Sequence record: DRR723986_7890
Reading direction: 5' to 3' (one strand)
DNA length: 41,769 nt
Shown one piece after another: positions 19,193-28,844 of this stretch; the stretch's first letter is position 1; each line of letters opens with the position of its first letter. The notes below the pieces were generated by a model. The model did no database searches. It saw only the letters and a program-made list of their open reading frames with translations, and was not told where the DNA came from. The position numbers and the translations under genes were made by a program.

Positions 19193-20776
19193 TTATTTGT
19201 TCAGCGCGTTACTTAGCCGGTTCACCAGTTCGGCCCGCTCTTGACTGTCTTCGGTGTTCTCAAGTCGTTTTGCCAACTCAAGGATAAAGGCGGCGTAGTC
19301 GTTGTACCAATCGTGCTCAAGGGCTGTCTGTTCGACTCGCTGCGCGACGCGACCTTTGCTGGTGGCTGAACCGGCAGTCAGCTCGAATCGTTCATCAAAC
19401 TGCGGCAAGTAGATGGAGTCTTCTGCAAACCCACGATCGGCCAGCATGTTCTTCATTTCGGCGCGTGCGTCGTCTTCGCCATGGTTAAGGAATAGCCCAC
19501 CCACAACTGGTCCACGCTCGACACACCAATCCAACAGCTCACTTTGGTCAGCATGAGCGGAATAGTTCCCGATTCGACGTATCGCTGCGTTCACCTGACA
19601 CTTGCGGCCATTGATTGTTACATCCTTGGCGCCACTGGTAATAATGTGACCAAGTGTTCCAGGCGACTGGTATCCAACAAAAAGAACCGTACTCTCTTTA
19701 CGCCAGATGTTGTTCTTCAGGTGATGCTTGATCCGCCCTGCAGTACACATTCCGCTGGCGGAAATAATGATCGCCTTCGACTTGATCCGATTGACCGCCT
19801 TACTTTCATCAACAGACTGAACGATCCGGAAATTCTCGTTCTTGAATAGATCAGCTTCATCGACTGCAGTATCTTGCATCAAATTGGCGTGGCGAATGAA
19901 TACCTCAGTCGCCTTACGAGCAAGGGGACTGTCCAAGTAGACCGTTGCACCGGCGAGATGCCCCTCTTCGAGCAGGACGCCAATATCGTGCAGCAGTTCC
20001 TGGCTACGTTCGACAGCGAAAGATGGAATGATGACATTCCCACCTCGCGCGAGCCCGTCGACGAGCTCTCGCTTCAGAGCCGCTCTCCGCTGCTCAAGCG
20101 TGTAATCATCCCGCTCGCGATTCCCGTATGTGCTTTCACAAACGATGTAGTCGAACCCTTCGGGTGCATCGGGCTCGGGATGGAAGACTTTTTCATCTGG
20201 ACCGAGATCACCTGAGAACAGAATTCGCATCATATTGCCAGTCGACGAATCCGAAAACTTCACTTCAGCGGAGGCCGATCCCAACAGGTGACCTGCGTTC
20301 CACAAGCGAAACTCGATTCCTGATTCAGTCTTATTCCACTGCTCGTAGGGTACCGGCTCCAACAGCCCCAACACAGCCTCAGCGTCTTGTTTCGTATAGG
20401 CCGGTTCAATTTCAGGCAGCCCCTGTCGGCGTCGGGAGCGATTCACTCGTTCGGCATTGGACTGCTGAATATAAGCAGAATCGAGCAGCATGAATTCCAG
20501 AAGATCGGCCGTTGGCTCGGTCGCATAGATTTTCCCTTGGAACCCATTCTTTGTCAGCTTCGGCAGCAGACCAGAATGATCAATGTGTGCGTGGGTCAGT
20601 ATCAGAAACTTCGCCTTCGATGCATCAAAGGGAAATGGCTTATCATTCAGCTCGCGAGTCGTCCTGTTACCCTGAAACAATCCGCAGTCGACCAGGAATT
20701 CGCCATGCTCGGTCGAAACGCTGTTGCACGATCCCGTTACCGTTCCAGCCGCACCACAGAAAGTTATGGAAGCCAT
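19193..20776 (-). CDS. MBL-fold beta-CASP RNA-metabolising hydrolase
   Basis: GAAGTVTGS, DCGLFQG, THAHIDHSG, AGHLLGS, SGDLG, ESTYG, SAHAD, NHGE. Start reassigned to ATG 20776. Confidence 0.92.
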   Translation of the reverse strand: MASITFCGAAGTVTGSCNSVSTEHGEFLVDCGLFQGNRTTRELNDKPFPFDASKAKFLILTHAHIDHSGLLPKLTKNGFQGKIYATEPTADLLEFMLLDSAYIQQSNAERVNRSRRRQGLPEIEPAYTKQDAEAVLGLLEPVPYEQWNKTESGIEFRLWNAGHLLGSASAEVKFSDSSTGNMMRILFSGDLGPDEKVFHPEPDAPEGFDYIVCESTYGNRERDDYTLEQRRAALKRELVDGLARGGNVIIPSFAVERSQELLHDIGVLLEEGHLAGATVYLDSPLARKATEVFIRHANLMQDTAVDEADLFKNENFRIVQSVDESKAVNRIKSKAIIISASGMCTAGRIKHHLKNNIWRKESTVLFVGYQSPGTLGHIITSGAKDVTINGRKCQVNAAIRRIGNYSAHADQSELLDWCVERGPVVGGLFLNHGEDDARAEMKNMLADRGFAEDSIYLPQFDERFELTAGSATSKGRVAQRVEQTALEHDWYNDYAAFILELAKRLENTEDSQERAELVNRLSNALNK

Positions 20777-21019
20777 CAATTTACCTTCAAAGTTATTGAG
20801 AACCGACCAGTAAGTCGCCAAGTGCACTCAGAGTGCCGACTGCAAAACCTATTTCCGTCTCCACAGCGGGCAGTTACCCACCAATGCGTCGTTCGGTTAT
20901 GCTCTTGGGATCGAACGACCGCGACTGCTGTTTCGTTGGCTCCGTCAGTCTACCAGCTTCGGCCTTCGAGAAACTACCGCTCCGACCACAACAAGTCCTC
21001 CAACTCCAATCGTCCATTC

Positions 21020-21706
21020 ATGGGTTGCCGCTTAACACTAGTACCAACCGAATTCGAACGGTCACAGCTTCCACGTGGCTTGGCGGCGACAAGCCCTGGA
21101 CAAGCCTGCGAGTTGTGCGGTTTTGGGCCAGTTGTCGCAGCCGCTCGCACGACTCAACTGATTTCTCACTACAAACCAGATTCGGTTACGTTGATTGGAA
21201 TCGCGGGAAGCCTCACCCCTACCCTTGTCGTTGGACAGGCTTACCAGTTCAGCTCCGTCCGCTGCGACGGAATTGGCGTCGGTCAAGCTGACCGATTCAA
21301 ATCTGCGGACCAAGTCGGCTTTGCACAGTGGAATCAAAGCGACAACTCTGCAGCAAATCCGCAACTGCCGATCCAGACCTCAATTGGCGATGCCCTGCCG
21401 CTGACGACACCACCACCGCAAGTGCCTGCTGAAAGCGAAGCGCTTGAACTGCTCTCGGTGTGTGCTGCGTCTGCTGATCCAAGCGAGGCCGCTAGCCGAC
21501 GAAGTAGATATCCGTCTGCGGCCGCGGAAGACATGGAAGCTTTTGCGGTAGCCGCTGCCTGTGCGTTGAACAACGTACCTTTGACCGTCTTTCGTGGCAT
21601 CTCCAACGTCGCAGGTGACCGCGACAACGATAATTGGCGGGTCCAGCAGGCCATGCAGTCTGTCGCCAAGCTGCTCGGGCAACACTTCTGCCAGAATACC
21701 GGCTGA
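21020..21706 (+). CDS. mqnB: Futalosine hydrolase (menaquinone futalosine pathway)
   Basis: CGFGPVVAAA, LIGIAG, AEDMEAFAVAAAC, RGISNVAGDRD..W (PNP/UDP fold); adjacent to mqnD. Start reassigned to ATG 21020. Confidence 0.85.
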   Translation: MGCRLTLVPTEFERSQLPRGLAATSPGQACELCGFGPVVAAARTTQLISHYKPDSVTLIGIAGSLTPTLVVGQAYQFSSVRCDGIGVGQADRFKSADQVGFAQWNQSDNSAANPQLPIQTSIGDALPLTTPPPQVPAESEALELLSVCAASADPSEAASRRSRYPSAAAEDMEAFAVAAACALNNVPLTVFRGISNVAGDRDNDNWRVQQAMQSVAKLLGQHFCQNTG

Positions 21707-21787
21707 CAGACCTACAACCTTGCAGGAAGCACCACACAAGACATTGTGTCTACATTAATTCACTCACGTTAAAGCAGATCATACCGA

Positions 21788-22618
21788 ATGAAAATTCGTA
21801 TTGGCATTTCGACCTGCCCGAACGACACATTCGCCTTCCACGGGCTATTGGCAGGGACCGTTGATACGGGCGACCTTGAGTTTGCATTTGAGTTGCTGGA
21901 CATCGAACAGCTCAACGAAGGATTATTTGCGAAGCGTTTTGACGTTGCCAAAGTCAGTTTCCACGCTGCCCTGATGGCGTCTGACCAAGTCGTTGTCCTC
22001 CCATCCGGTTCAGCCCTTGGATTTGGAGTCGGCCCGCTGCTGCTGGCCAGCAAACCGGAATCCGTGCCTCAATCCCTCGAGCAGCTTACCCTCTGCCCCG
22101 GTCAACACACAACAGCTTCATTGCTCATGCGTTTGTTCTATCCAGACGCCAGTCGCATTGAACACACGGTTTTCTCGGAGATCATGCCGGCACTGCAAAA
22201 GGGCGACGCGGATTTTGGTGTTTGTATCCACGAGGGGCGATTCACCTGGGCTGAGCAGGGCCTTCACTTGGTAGAGGACTTGGGTGTACGGTGGGAGAAA
22301 CAGACCGGCTGCCCCCTTCCCTTGGGCGGCATCGTTGCTTCTGACAATCTTCCTTCGGCAATTATCAACCAAGTTCAGGTTTGCATCCGAACCTCTTTGG
22401 AGCAATCACTTGCATCTCCTGAGCTTGCGTTGCCAACGATGCGAAGATACGCACAAGAGTTCAGCGATTCCGTTTTGATGCAGCACGTTGACCTTTACGT
22501 CAACGACTGGACGGTCAACCTTGGTGAAACTGGCCAGCAAGCCTTCTCTCAGTTGTCCAGTTTGGCACAGTCATCCCGCATCATCCCCACTCACCAGACC
22601 CTACGCATCTTTTCTTAG
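21788..22618 (+). CDS. mqnD: 1,4-dihydroxy-6-naphthoate synthase
   Basis: STCPNDTFAF, DIEQLN, GSALGFGVGP, IHEGRFT, PLPLGG, HVDLYVN signatures. Confidence 0.93.
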   Translation: MKIRIGISTCPNDTFAFHGLLAGTVDTGDLEFAFELLDIEQLNEGLFAKRFDVAKVSFHAALMASDQVVVLPSGSALGFGVGPLLLASKPESVPQSLEQLTLCPGQHTTASLLMRLFYPDASRIEHTVFSEIMPALQKGDADFGVCIHEGRFTWAEQGLHLVEDLGVRWEKQTGCPLPLGGIVASDNLPSAIINQVQVCIRTSLEQSLASPELALPTMRRYAQEFSDSVLMQHVDLYVNDWTVNLGETGQQAFSQLSSLAQSSRIIPTHQTLRIFS

Positions 22619-22660
22619 CCGATGCGCCACTGCCGCAACTGAACGAGTGAACGTTCGGCT

Positions 22661-22818
22661 CGCACCCACCCTACAAATTCGTCGTGCGTGGGAGTCAGAA
22701 AAGCGCATGGCGTTAGGGTGGGTTTTCACGACTGTGAAGGAGGCTGTAGGTGGAATGCTCGGCAATGCGGTCCAGTCCATGTGACTCTGGTTTATCGGGG
22801 CGAGCGTTGGTGGGTGCG
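22661..22818. repeat. Degenerate REP-like palindromic elements
   Basis: CGCACCCACCCTAC (22661-22674) is complementary to TAGGGTGGGT (22714-22723) and GGTGGGTGCG (22809-22818). Confidence 0.45.
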
Positions 22819-22883
22819 GCTGCGCGTTGTTATACTAGATGAACGTCTTTCGAATCCGCAAAAGTCAAACACCTTCGTCTGAA

Positions 22884-25800
22884 ATGTCCAACTTACCTCC
22901 CGTTGTCCGGCCACCAAGCAACTATACCACTGCCAACCCCACGCTGCAGTCTCGTAACAGAGCACCAGTTTACATCGTCGGGTGCTTCGGCATGTTCTTT
23001 ATAGGGTTCCTGATCCTCGTTGGCGTTGGGATATACATATTCCAACAAAGCGCCGAGAACGGACGAAAAACGCTTGAGCAGCAAAGAGCGGATACTGGCA
23101 GCACTGGATCGATACCGGAGGAGATACGCGAGGCCATTTCTGCGGCGGGCTATGCTAGTGCTCAGACTACCGAAGGGACGAAGCCTTGGTCCAAAGCAGA
23201 CGACAAGAAACTCGAAAAACTATTGCAGTTGCTTGAGAACGAAGACACCGACGCAATCGACTTCCAGCGTTTGGTCGTCGAGATGACTCGCGTGAACCGG
23301 AAGGCTGTGAGGCCATTCTCGGAACAGCAATGGGCACGAGATCTCAGGGACGCGCTGGCAACACCGGAAATAGATGGCAACTTCAAATGCATCGACGCCA
23401 GGTGGATTGGCGAACACGATGCACGAGTAATCCTCACTTCGACCGACGCTCAACTACAAACGCTGATGATCGTCTATCTGCACGAGAAGTATGGTGAGTT
23501 CAGGGCCTACGATTGGCGAGAAACACTGGAACCGATGAGCGAGGTTGAGTACTGGGTAGACTACGCAGAAATCCCAGAACCCAACTGTTACCGACACAGC
23601 AATTTGATCCAAAAACTAGATAATATCTACTGGGACGATAGCCAGGATCCCGACACCAAAGCAGCTCGATTGTACGCCGCTTACACTCGAAGCGGGGTCC
23701 CTAGGGAATACCGAGCATTCGCTCAGAACCAGACGGCCGTCTACCTTTACTTCACTGAGAATTCGGACGATGAAGCTAGACGGCTATCGGTCGAGATGAA
23801 GCCTGACTCTTTCGGCGGGGCACATTTATGGCAAGCCAGAGCCTGTATCGAAGACGCTCCGCAACGAGCCTACTCCTTGGCGATGCAAGCCATGGAGGCG
23901 GTGGGCTGGCACCCGGCTGCAACGAATATCGTTTTGCAGACGATAGACGGCGAATCGGATGAACTAGAGGCGGCCAGTGAGTATATCGCCCAGAGTATAC
24001 AATTCGATACACTTTCGTCCCCCTACTGGCTCTTGGCAAGCGACCCGGCTGTCGTCAACAACGTGGTCGAGAGTCTCTTCAGTCGTTGCACTTCCGAGAT
24101 TGCCTCGGACCGACTGTTCAGTTTGCTGAAAGACAACTACCTCGCCCCGGATGCTCTTGAACACTTCGCCGAATCGTTAAAAAGCGTGCAGTCGAGTGAT
24201 CTGCTGGATGCATATCTTGACCTTCAACGGGCCGAGCTTACCGCTGACGCAGAAGCCGAATACATGGCGCTTGAGAGAATCATCCAGTGCGAGCTAAATG
24301 AAGAAACACAGAAGGAAATGCTTCAGCAGTTCCTCAGTTGTGCGGGACGTACTGGGAGAATATCGAAGGGCATTGCATGGCTACGAGCAAGTGAGCAATA
24401 CGATTCGCATGAGGTTGAACTGGCGCTCGCACGGGCAATCACTAGCTCACCAACAGAGAGTGAATGGTTGTCGACTGTACCATTGCACCTTCTTCAAACT
24501 AATTCGCCGACCGTACAAACGGCCAGGGCTACCCTACTCGATGCGCAAGATCGATCGCAGGAAGCACTTTCGGCGCTGCTCGAAATCTGGCCCGAACGGG
24601 AGGCTGAGATCAAAGACACCGCTACATATTACGACCTGGACTACTCGTTTGCAGCATTGAGCTTGGTTGGGCGATTGGCTATCGAGCTCGGGCAAGAAGC
24701 CGCAGTAATCGACCGCATGCAGGACAAGTCGCTTGCAACCTCGCTGCTCACCAGCACACTGTTCGCGAAAGGCGACATCAATGAACTGCATCGATTCATT
24801 AGTGAAACCGACCGCGAGATTGTCTTTCGACCTTACTACGAAGCCTACTGTGATTTACTACTCGCACCCGAATCTTCTGCGAAAGCGGTTGCGAAAGCGA
24901 TCCAGTGGATCGATGAAAACGCTGACCAAGAAGACGGATGGCCCAACCTAGATGCCCCCGCGGTAACCGCTCCCCTGGGTGCGGACTATTGGGAGTTGCA
25001 AGACACTTTAATTAGCATATCAACGCAAGCAAGTGTTCTACCACAGGTATTGGACTTGCTGCCAGAGGCGAGCCGCACCCGCCTTGCCACGCAGCACAGC
25101 AGCCTTGTTTATTCGACTGAGGTCCGCGAACAACTCGCCCAAATACTCGACAGACTCGGCGATGACGCAGCAGACTTATTGAAACACAAAATCGAGAAGA
25201 AACTCTATCTGCTGGACAACAGGCTACGCGAAGCCGCAAGTGCCCAGGTTGCCGACTTGGAGGCGATGGATTCGCACTACCGCGCTGCTGAGAATACGCT
25301 GATAAACTTTTTGGCAGAGACCGGACAGCTCGATTTATCCGATGAAATCCTGGGCGAACTGGACGCGGAACACCACAGTGACGAGCACGATGCTTGGCTT
25401 GCACTTGCCAAACAGCTTCGGGAGCGAGATGGCTCTGCACTGCGCGACAACCCACTGTTCAGCGAGATCACTTGGGCAAACAGCCTGCCGATGATCGAGA
25501 TACTGTCAGAGTCAGGTGTGCTGTCAGCAGTAAGCGAGCAACACAAGTTTAGCTACCGGGCATTCGACACAGCGTCCACCTTGGTCGAATTGACGCAATT
25601 ATCCGCAGAGGAAGTGAACAACCTGAAACAATTTGCGTCATGGAAGCAAGTCGACGAAGTGGACCGATTTCCGGAAGCGTTGGCAGCTTGGACACGGAAA
25701 ACAGAAACTGGCTGGTGGACTGCTGTTGCATATCAAGGCATTCCGCCTGGGCTGACGGATAGCGATCTTCCGATCACTTTGGGTAGAGAGTCGACGTATG

Positions 25801-26234
25801 TTCTTATTGGCAACTGTCAAACTCCGACGCCCGCGCGAAGACCATCGGCGGTGCACAGATTCGTTGCCGCTAGTTTTGGTCCGTCGGATATAGTTCGCAG
25901 TGTCTACACGCCTGAATTGGCAGTTTCCTGGCCCGCTGCGAATTGGCCGAAGGCTATGGAACGGTTCGCCAGTGATGGAAAGTTGGATGTCCGCTGGATC
26001 AACTATTCCGAGGGCTGGACAGCTTATGCGATTCGTTACCCAAGGCTCGATGGAAAGGCTGGCCGAATGGGGCTGAACTTCGGTGGGATTCTCGAGGACA
26101 TTCCAATCGTAGAAGTGCTCGTAGATCGCAGCAGTCCGCCAGCCGACCAATCCTCACGTGACGCAGCAGTCTACAAAACAACTTCGCGGTCCATTTGCTT
26201 TCCACCGCTCGAGGCTGGCATCTACGCACAGTAA
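22884..26234 (+). CDS. Large membrane-anchored acidic, probably alpha-helical (TPR-like) hypothetical protein
   Basis: Open ORF of more than 1100 aa with a single N-terminal TM helix. Start ATG 22884 or 22839. Confidence 0.7.
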   Translation: MSNLPPVVRPPSNYTTANPTLQSRNRAPVYIVGCFGMFFIGFLILVGVGIYIFQQSAENGRKTLEQQRADTGSTGSIPEEIREAISAAGYASAQTTEGTKPWSKADDKKLEKLLQLLENEDTDAIDFQRLVVEMTRVNRKAVRPFSEQQWARDLRDALATPEIDGNFKCIDARWIGEHDARVILTSTDAQLQTLMIVYLHEKYGEFRAYDWRETLEPMSEVEYWVDYAEIPEPNCYRHSNLIQKLDNIYWDDSQDPDTKAARLYAAYTRSGVPREYRAFAQNQTAVYLYFTENSDDEARRLSVEMKPDSFGGAHLWQARACIEDAPQRAYSLAMQAMEAVGWHPAATNIVLQTIDGESDELEAASEYIAQSIQFDTLSSPYWLLASDPAVVNNVVESLFSRCTSEIASDRLFSLLKDNYLAPDALEHFAESLKSVQSSDLLDAYLDLQRAELTADAEAEYMALERIIQCELNEETQKEMLQQFLSCAGRTGRISKGIAWLRASEQYDSHEVELALARAITSSPTESEWLSTVPLHLLQTNSPTVQTARATLLDAQDRSQEALSALLEIWPEREAEIKDTATYYDLDYSFAALSLVGRLAIELGQEAAVIDRMQDKSLATSLLTSTLFAKGDINELHRFISETDREIVFRPYYEAYCDLLLAPESSAKAVAKAIQWIDENADQEDGWPNLDAPAVTAPLGADYWELQDTLISISTQASVLPQVLDLLPEASRTRLATQHSSLVYSTEVREQLAQILDRLGDDAADLLKHKIEKKLYLLDNRLREAASAQVADLEAMDSHYRAAENTLINFLAETGQLDLSDEILGELDAEHHSDEHDAWLALAKQLRERDGSALRDNPLFSEITWANSLPMIEILSESGVLSAVSEQHKFSYRAFDTASTLVELTQLSAEEVNNLKQFASWKQVDEVDRFPEALAAWTRKTETGWWTAVAYQGIPPGLTDSDLPITLGRESTYVLIGNCQTPTPARRPSAVHRFVAASFGPSDIVRSVYTPELAVSWPAANWPKAMERFASDGKLDVRWINYSEGWTAYAIRYPRLDGKAGRMGLNFGGILEDIPIVEVLVDRSSPPADQSSRDAAVYKTTSRSICFPPLEAGIYAQ

Positions 26235-26399
26235 GCCAACGAGGGCCTCGCTGTCAAAGTTTACGCTCAAATTCCATGACCGCTGCGTGATAAACTACGT
26301 GAGTATTTGAACGGCCTAACGGTTAGTCGTGGATGCAAGCACGCTGCCTAGTTTACGGCGTAGCCGCCCAGCTCTGATCACCCCCAAGGATCTCATGTC

Positions 26400-26915
26400 A
26401 TGTGGAAGTACACTGGTAAAGAACGGCCAGACTTTGCAGAATCGCCCAAGGACGGTGAGGAGTCGGTCTGGGATTACCCGAGGCCACCCAAGTGTGCACC
26501 TGATGCGCGACGGATCGTCGTCAAGCTGGGAAGCACTGTCATTGCCGACACCAAGAATGCCGTTCGAGTCTTAGAAACAGCAAGTCCGCCGACGATTTAC
26601 ATCCCGCCGAGTGATATCGACCTGACCAAACTTCAGCAAGCATCGGGCAGCTCATTTTGCGAATGGAAAGGCAGAGCGAGCTACTGGAATATCGCAGCAG
26701 ATGGAAAAGTCGTCCCCAACGGTGGCTGGAGTTATGCAAGTCCCAGTGGTTCGTTCCTGCAAATCAAGAACTACCTTTCGTTCTACCCTGCCCTTCTGGA
26801 CTGCTTCATTGACGATGAACAAGTTCGCCCGCAGGCAGGCGGCTTCTATGGTGGTTGGGTTACCAACGAGATCATTGGACCACACAAAGGTGAACCCGGG
26901 ACAAGCGGCTGGTAG
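26400..26915 (+). CDS. DUF427 domain protein
   Basis: ESVWDYPRPP, VLETASPPTIYIP, SFCEWKGRASYW, QAGGFYGGWVT. Confidence 0.9.
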   Translation: MWKYTGKERPDFAESPKDGEESVWDYPRPPKCAPDARRIVVKLGSTVIADTKNAVRVLETASPPTIYIPPSDIDLTKLQQASGSSFCEWKGRASYWNIAADGKVVPNGGWSYASPSGSFLQIKNYLSFYPALLDCFIDDEQVRPQAGGFYGGWVTNEIIGPHKGEPGTSGW

Positions 26916-26919
26916 GCGC

Positions 26920-28023
26920 CTATGATGCCTCGCGCATTCGCTCAACGAGCTGCACCAGGCCAAGTGCGGACGAACGGATATTGAAACGCTCCAGTGTCCT
27001 TGTCTGGGCCTCGCGTAAGTTCTCTTCGAATCCGCTGGGAGGCTGCTTGAGTGTCTCGAGTGCACGTTCAAGGGCACTGGCCAGGCTATCGGTATCCTTG
27101 GGCTGGCTTGGCCAGAAGCCCAGTTGTTTTTCCGGTCCAGTATCCAAGACTTCACAAGCACCGCCAACTCGGGTTGCAACAATTGGTGTAGCCAGCATTT
27201 TCGCTTGAATCAGTACCAGAGAAAGCCCTTCTGAGTGCGATGGGTGGACAAGCAAATCTGCTGCGTCGATTAGATTATTGACGTCGTCGCGGTAGCCCAA
27301 GAGCTTCACATAGTTTGCCACCCCGAGCGTATCGGCTTGTTGCTGAAGCTGCTTTGCATTTGGCCCTGTGCCCGCAATCGCAAGCACAAGATCGCTGCGT
27401 TGTTGCCGCGCAAAGGCGTCGATTAGCTCCGAGTGCCCTTTAACGTCAATCAAGCTACCGACGGCGACCAACAGCCTGCCTTCGGTGGAAACACCAAGCT
27501 CTTCTCTGATTTGAAGCGAGCGGCCAGGATCAACGTCAGGTGGAGGGCAACCGCCGGGTACCACTGAAGCCAGTGAACTATCCAATCCGCCGTCGACCAC
27601 GACCCGGCGTGCAGCCTCAGAGACACAGGCAACCTGATCGCTCAGCCATCGATACTTAGTGGCACTCCGCAATGGAAAAATCGTGTGCTTGTAAGCGACC
27701 CTTAGCGGCTGACTCTTTCCCCACCATAAACACGTTGGTCCAGCAAGAGTGACTGAGTGCGTATCATTCAGAACAACAACGTCGGGGGACCATTTGCGAA
27801 GCTGTCTCCGAAGCCTGAACCAGTCGACGATGCCACCATGTCGGCTTCGTGCAGCGTAAATGACTTCACCGGAATCGTCGGAAAGTCGCTCCAACACATC
27901 GGTTCCGCGTCGGGCCACCCAACAGACGACGTGCCCGAGCTCTTGGAGCTGACGAGCGAGTTGAAGCATGAGGTCTTCACCGCCACCCCAATTCTTCTGC
28001 GTGCTCACAAAGCAGAATCGCAT
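26920..28023 (-). CDS. Glycosyltransferase family 4 (GT-B)
   Basis: WGGGE, VGSLIDVKGH, LGYRDD, PSHSEGLSLVLIQA, TRVGGACEV. Start reassigned to ATG 28023. Confidence 0.9.
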   Translation of the reverse strand: MRFCFVSTQKNWGGGEDLMLQLARQLQELGHVVCWVARRGTDVLERLSDDSGEVIYAARSRHGGIVDWFRLRRQLRKWSPDVVVLNDTHSVTLAGPTCLWWGKSQPLRVAYKHTIFPLRSATKYRWLSDQVACVSEAARRVVVDGGLDSSLASVVPGGCPPPDVDPGRSLQIREELGVSTEGRLLVAVGSLIDVKGHSELIDAFARQQRSDLVLAIAGTGPNAKQLQQQADTLGVANYVKLLGYRDDVNNLIDAADLLVHPSHSEGLSLVLIQAKMLATPIVATRVGGACEVLDTGPEKQLGFWPSQPKDTDSLASALERALETLKQPPSGFEENLREAQTRTLERFNIRSSALGLVQLVERMREAS

Positions 28024-28387
28024 GCTGAATTCGCTGTCGTCCAGTTGAGTTTTCTGATCATTCGCGGGCAGAAACGAGCCCGAAAGAACTGCGATTGCTC
28101 GCACGATGCCGAATCCTACGCACTTTGCGGGCTCCCGGCTATGGCAGAGCGACAGAGTTCCGGAAGTGCCGGAAGCGCCGATGCCAAAGCACGCATGGCG
28201 GACTGAGCTGAACCTGTTTTGGCGCAGAATCATTCAGCGTAGAGCCCAGACGCGGGCGTGGCGGTCTGGCTCGGATTGAAATTGCTGATTTGATTGTCCA
28301 CGGATAGTCTACGTAGCCCTAACAATCAGAATCTCTAAATTTGGTGTGCTATTGCTAGCATAGGGTGGACGATAACACTTGCTCACA

Positions 28388-28523
28388 GGTGCGTCGCCAG
28401 GTCTCCTCTTAAAGTGGCTACGGACAGTTCACAACCTTTCGACAAGGAATGTGGCGCACCGCTCTTGACCCTGATCAAGAAACTGTCCTATAAGTGCAAT
28501 AACCACTTTACCGCAGGGGAGAT
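28388..28523 (+). ncRNA. Candidate cis-regulatory structured RNA in flgM 5' leader
   Basis: Nested helices 28401-28420/28500-28523 and 28422-28429/28481-28488, two inner hairpins, and a crossing helix 28388-28397/28451-28460. Confidence 0.55.
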
Positions 28524-28532
28524 TGACCCAAT

Positions 28533-28844
28533 ATGCAAATTCAAGGTTTGCAATCATCTGTAGCTTCACAGCCGATTCAAAGAGCTGCTAACAGCTTGCC
28601 GACAGAGAATGTCGCCAAGCCGGCATCTTCGGCTGCGAATCCGGTTGACCAAGTGAGCTTCTCGGCCGAGGCCCAGCAGCTTCTCAAGGCACAGGCCACT
28701 GGCGCGACCGAAGCGCCGGGGACGACCGACGGCATTCGCGTCGACAAAGTTGCGGAGATTCGGCGAGCGATCGCAGATGGATCTTACGAAACTGAAGACA
28801 AGATGTCCGCGGCGCTCGATCGCCTGCTGGATTCATTCGCTTAG
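28533..28844 (+). CDS. flgM: Anti-sigma-28 factor FlgM
   Basis: DQVSFSAEAQ and IRVDKVAEIRRAIADGSYE motifs; GGGGAG RBS. Confidence 0.9.
   Translation: MQIQGLQSSVASQPIQRAANSLPTENVAKPASSAANPVDQVSFSAEAQQLLKAQATGATEAPGTTDGIRVDKVAEIRRAIADGSYETEDKMSAALDRLLDSFA

Noticed and set aside
20387-21019. 211-aa N-terminal extension of MqnB
   Set aside because: Overlaps the beta-CASP gene on the opposite strand; the family motif starts near 21020
28024-28233. N-terminal extension of the glycosyltransferase
   Set aside because: The GT4 fold begins at MRFCFVSTQKNWGGGE; the upstream sequence is low-complexity intergenic DNA
28370-28425. Twister-ribozyme-like words (TAACACT..GGTCTC..AAAGTGG) in the flgM leader
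   Set aside because: The conserved P4 loop (AAGC) and the 3' GAGGG pseudoknot partner are missing
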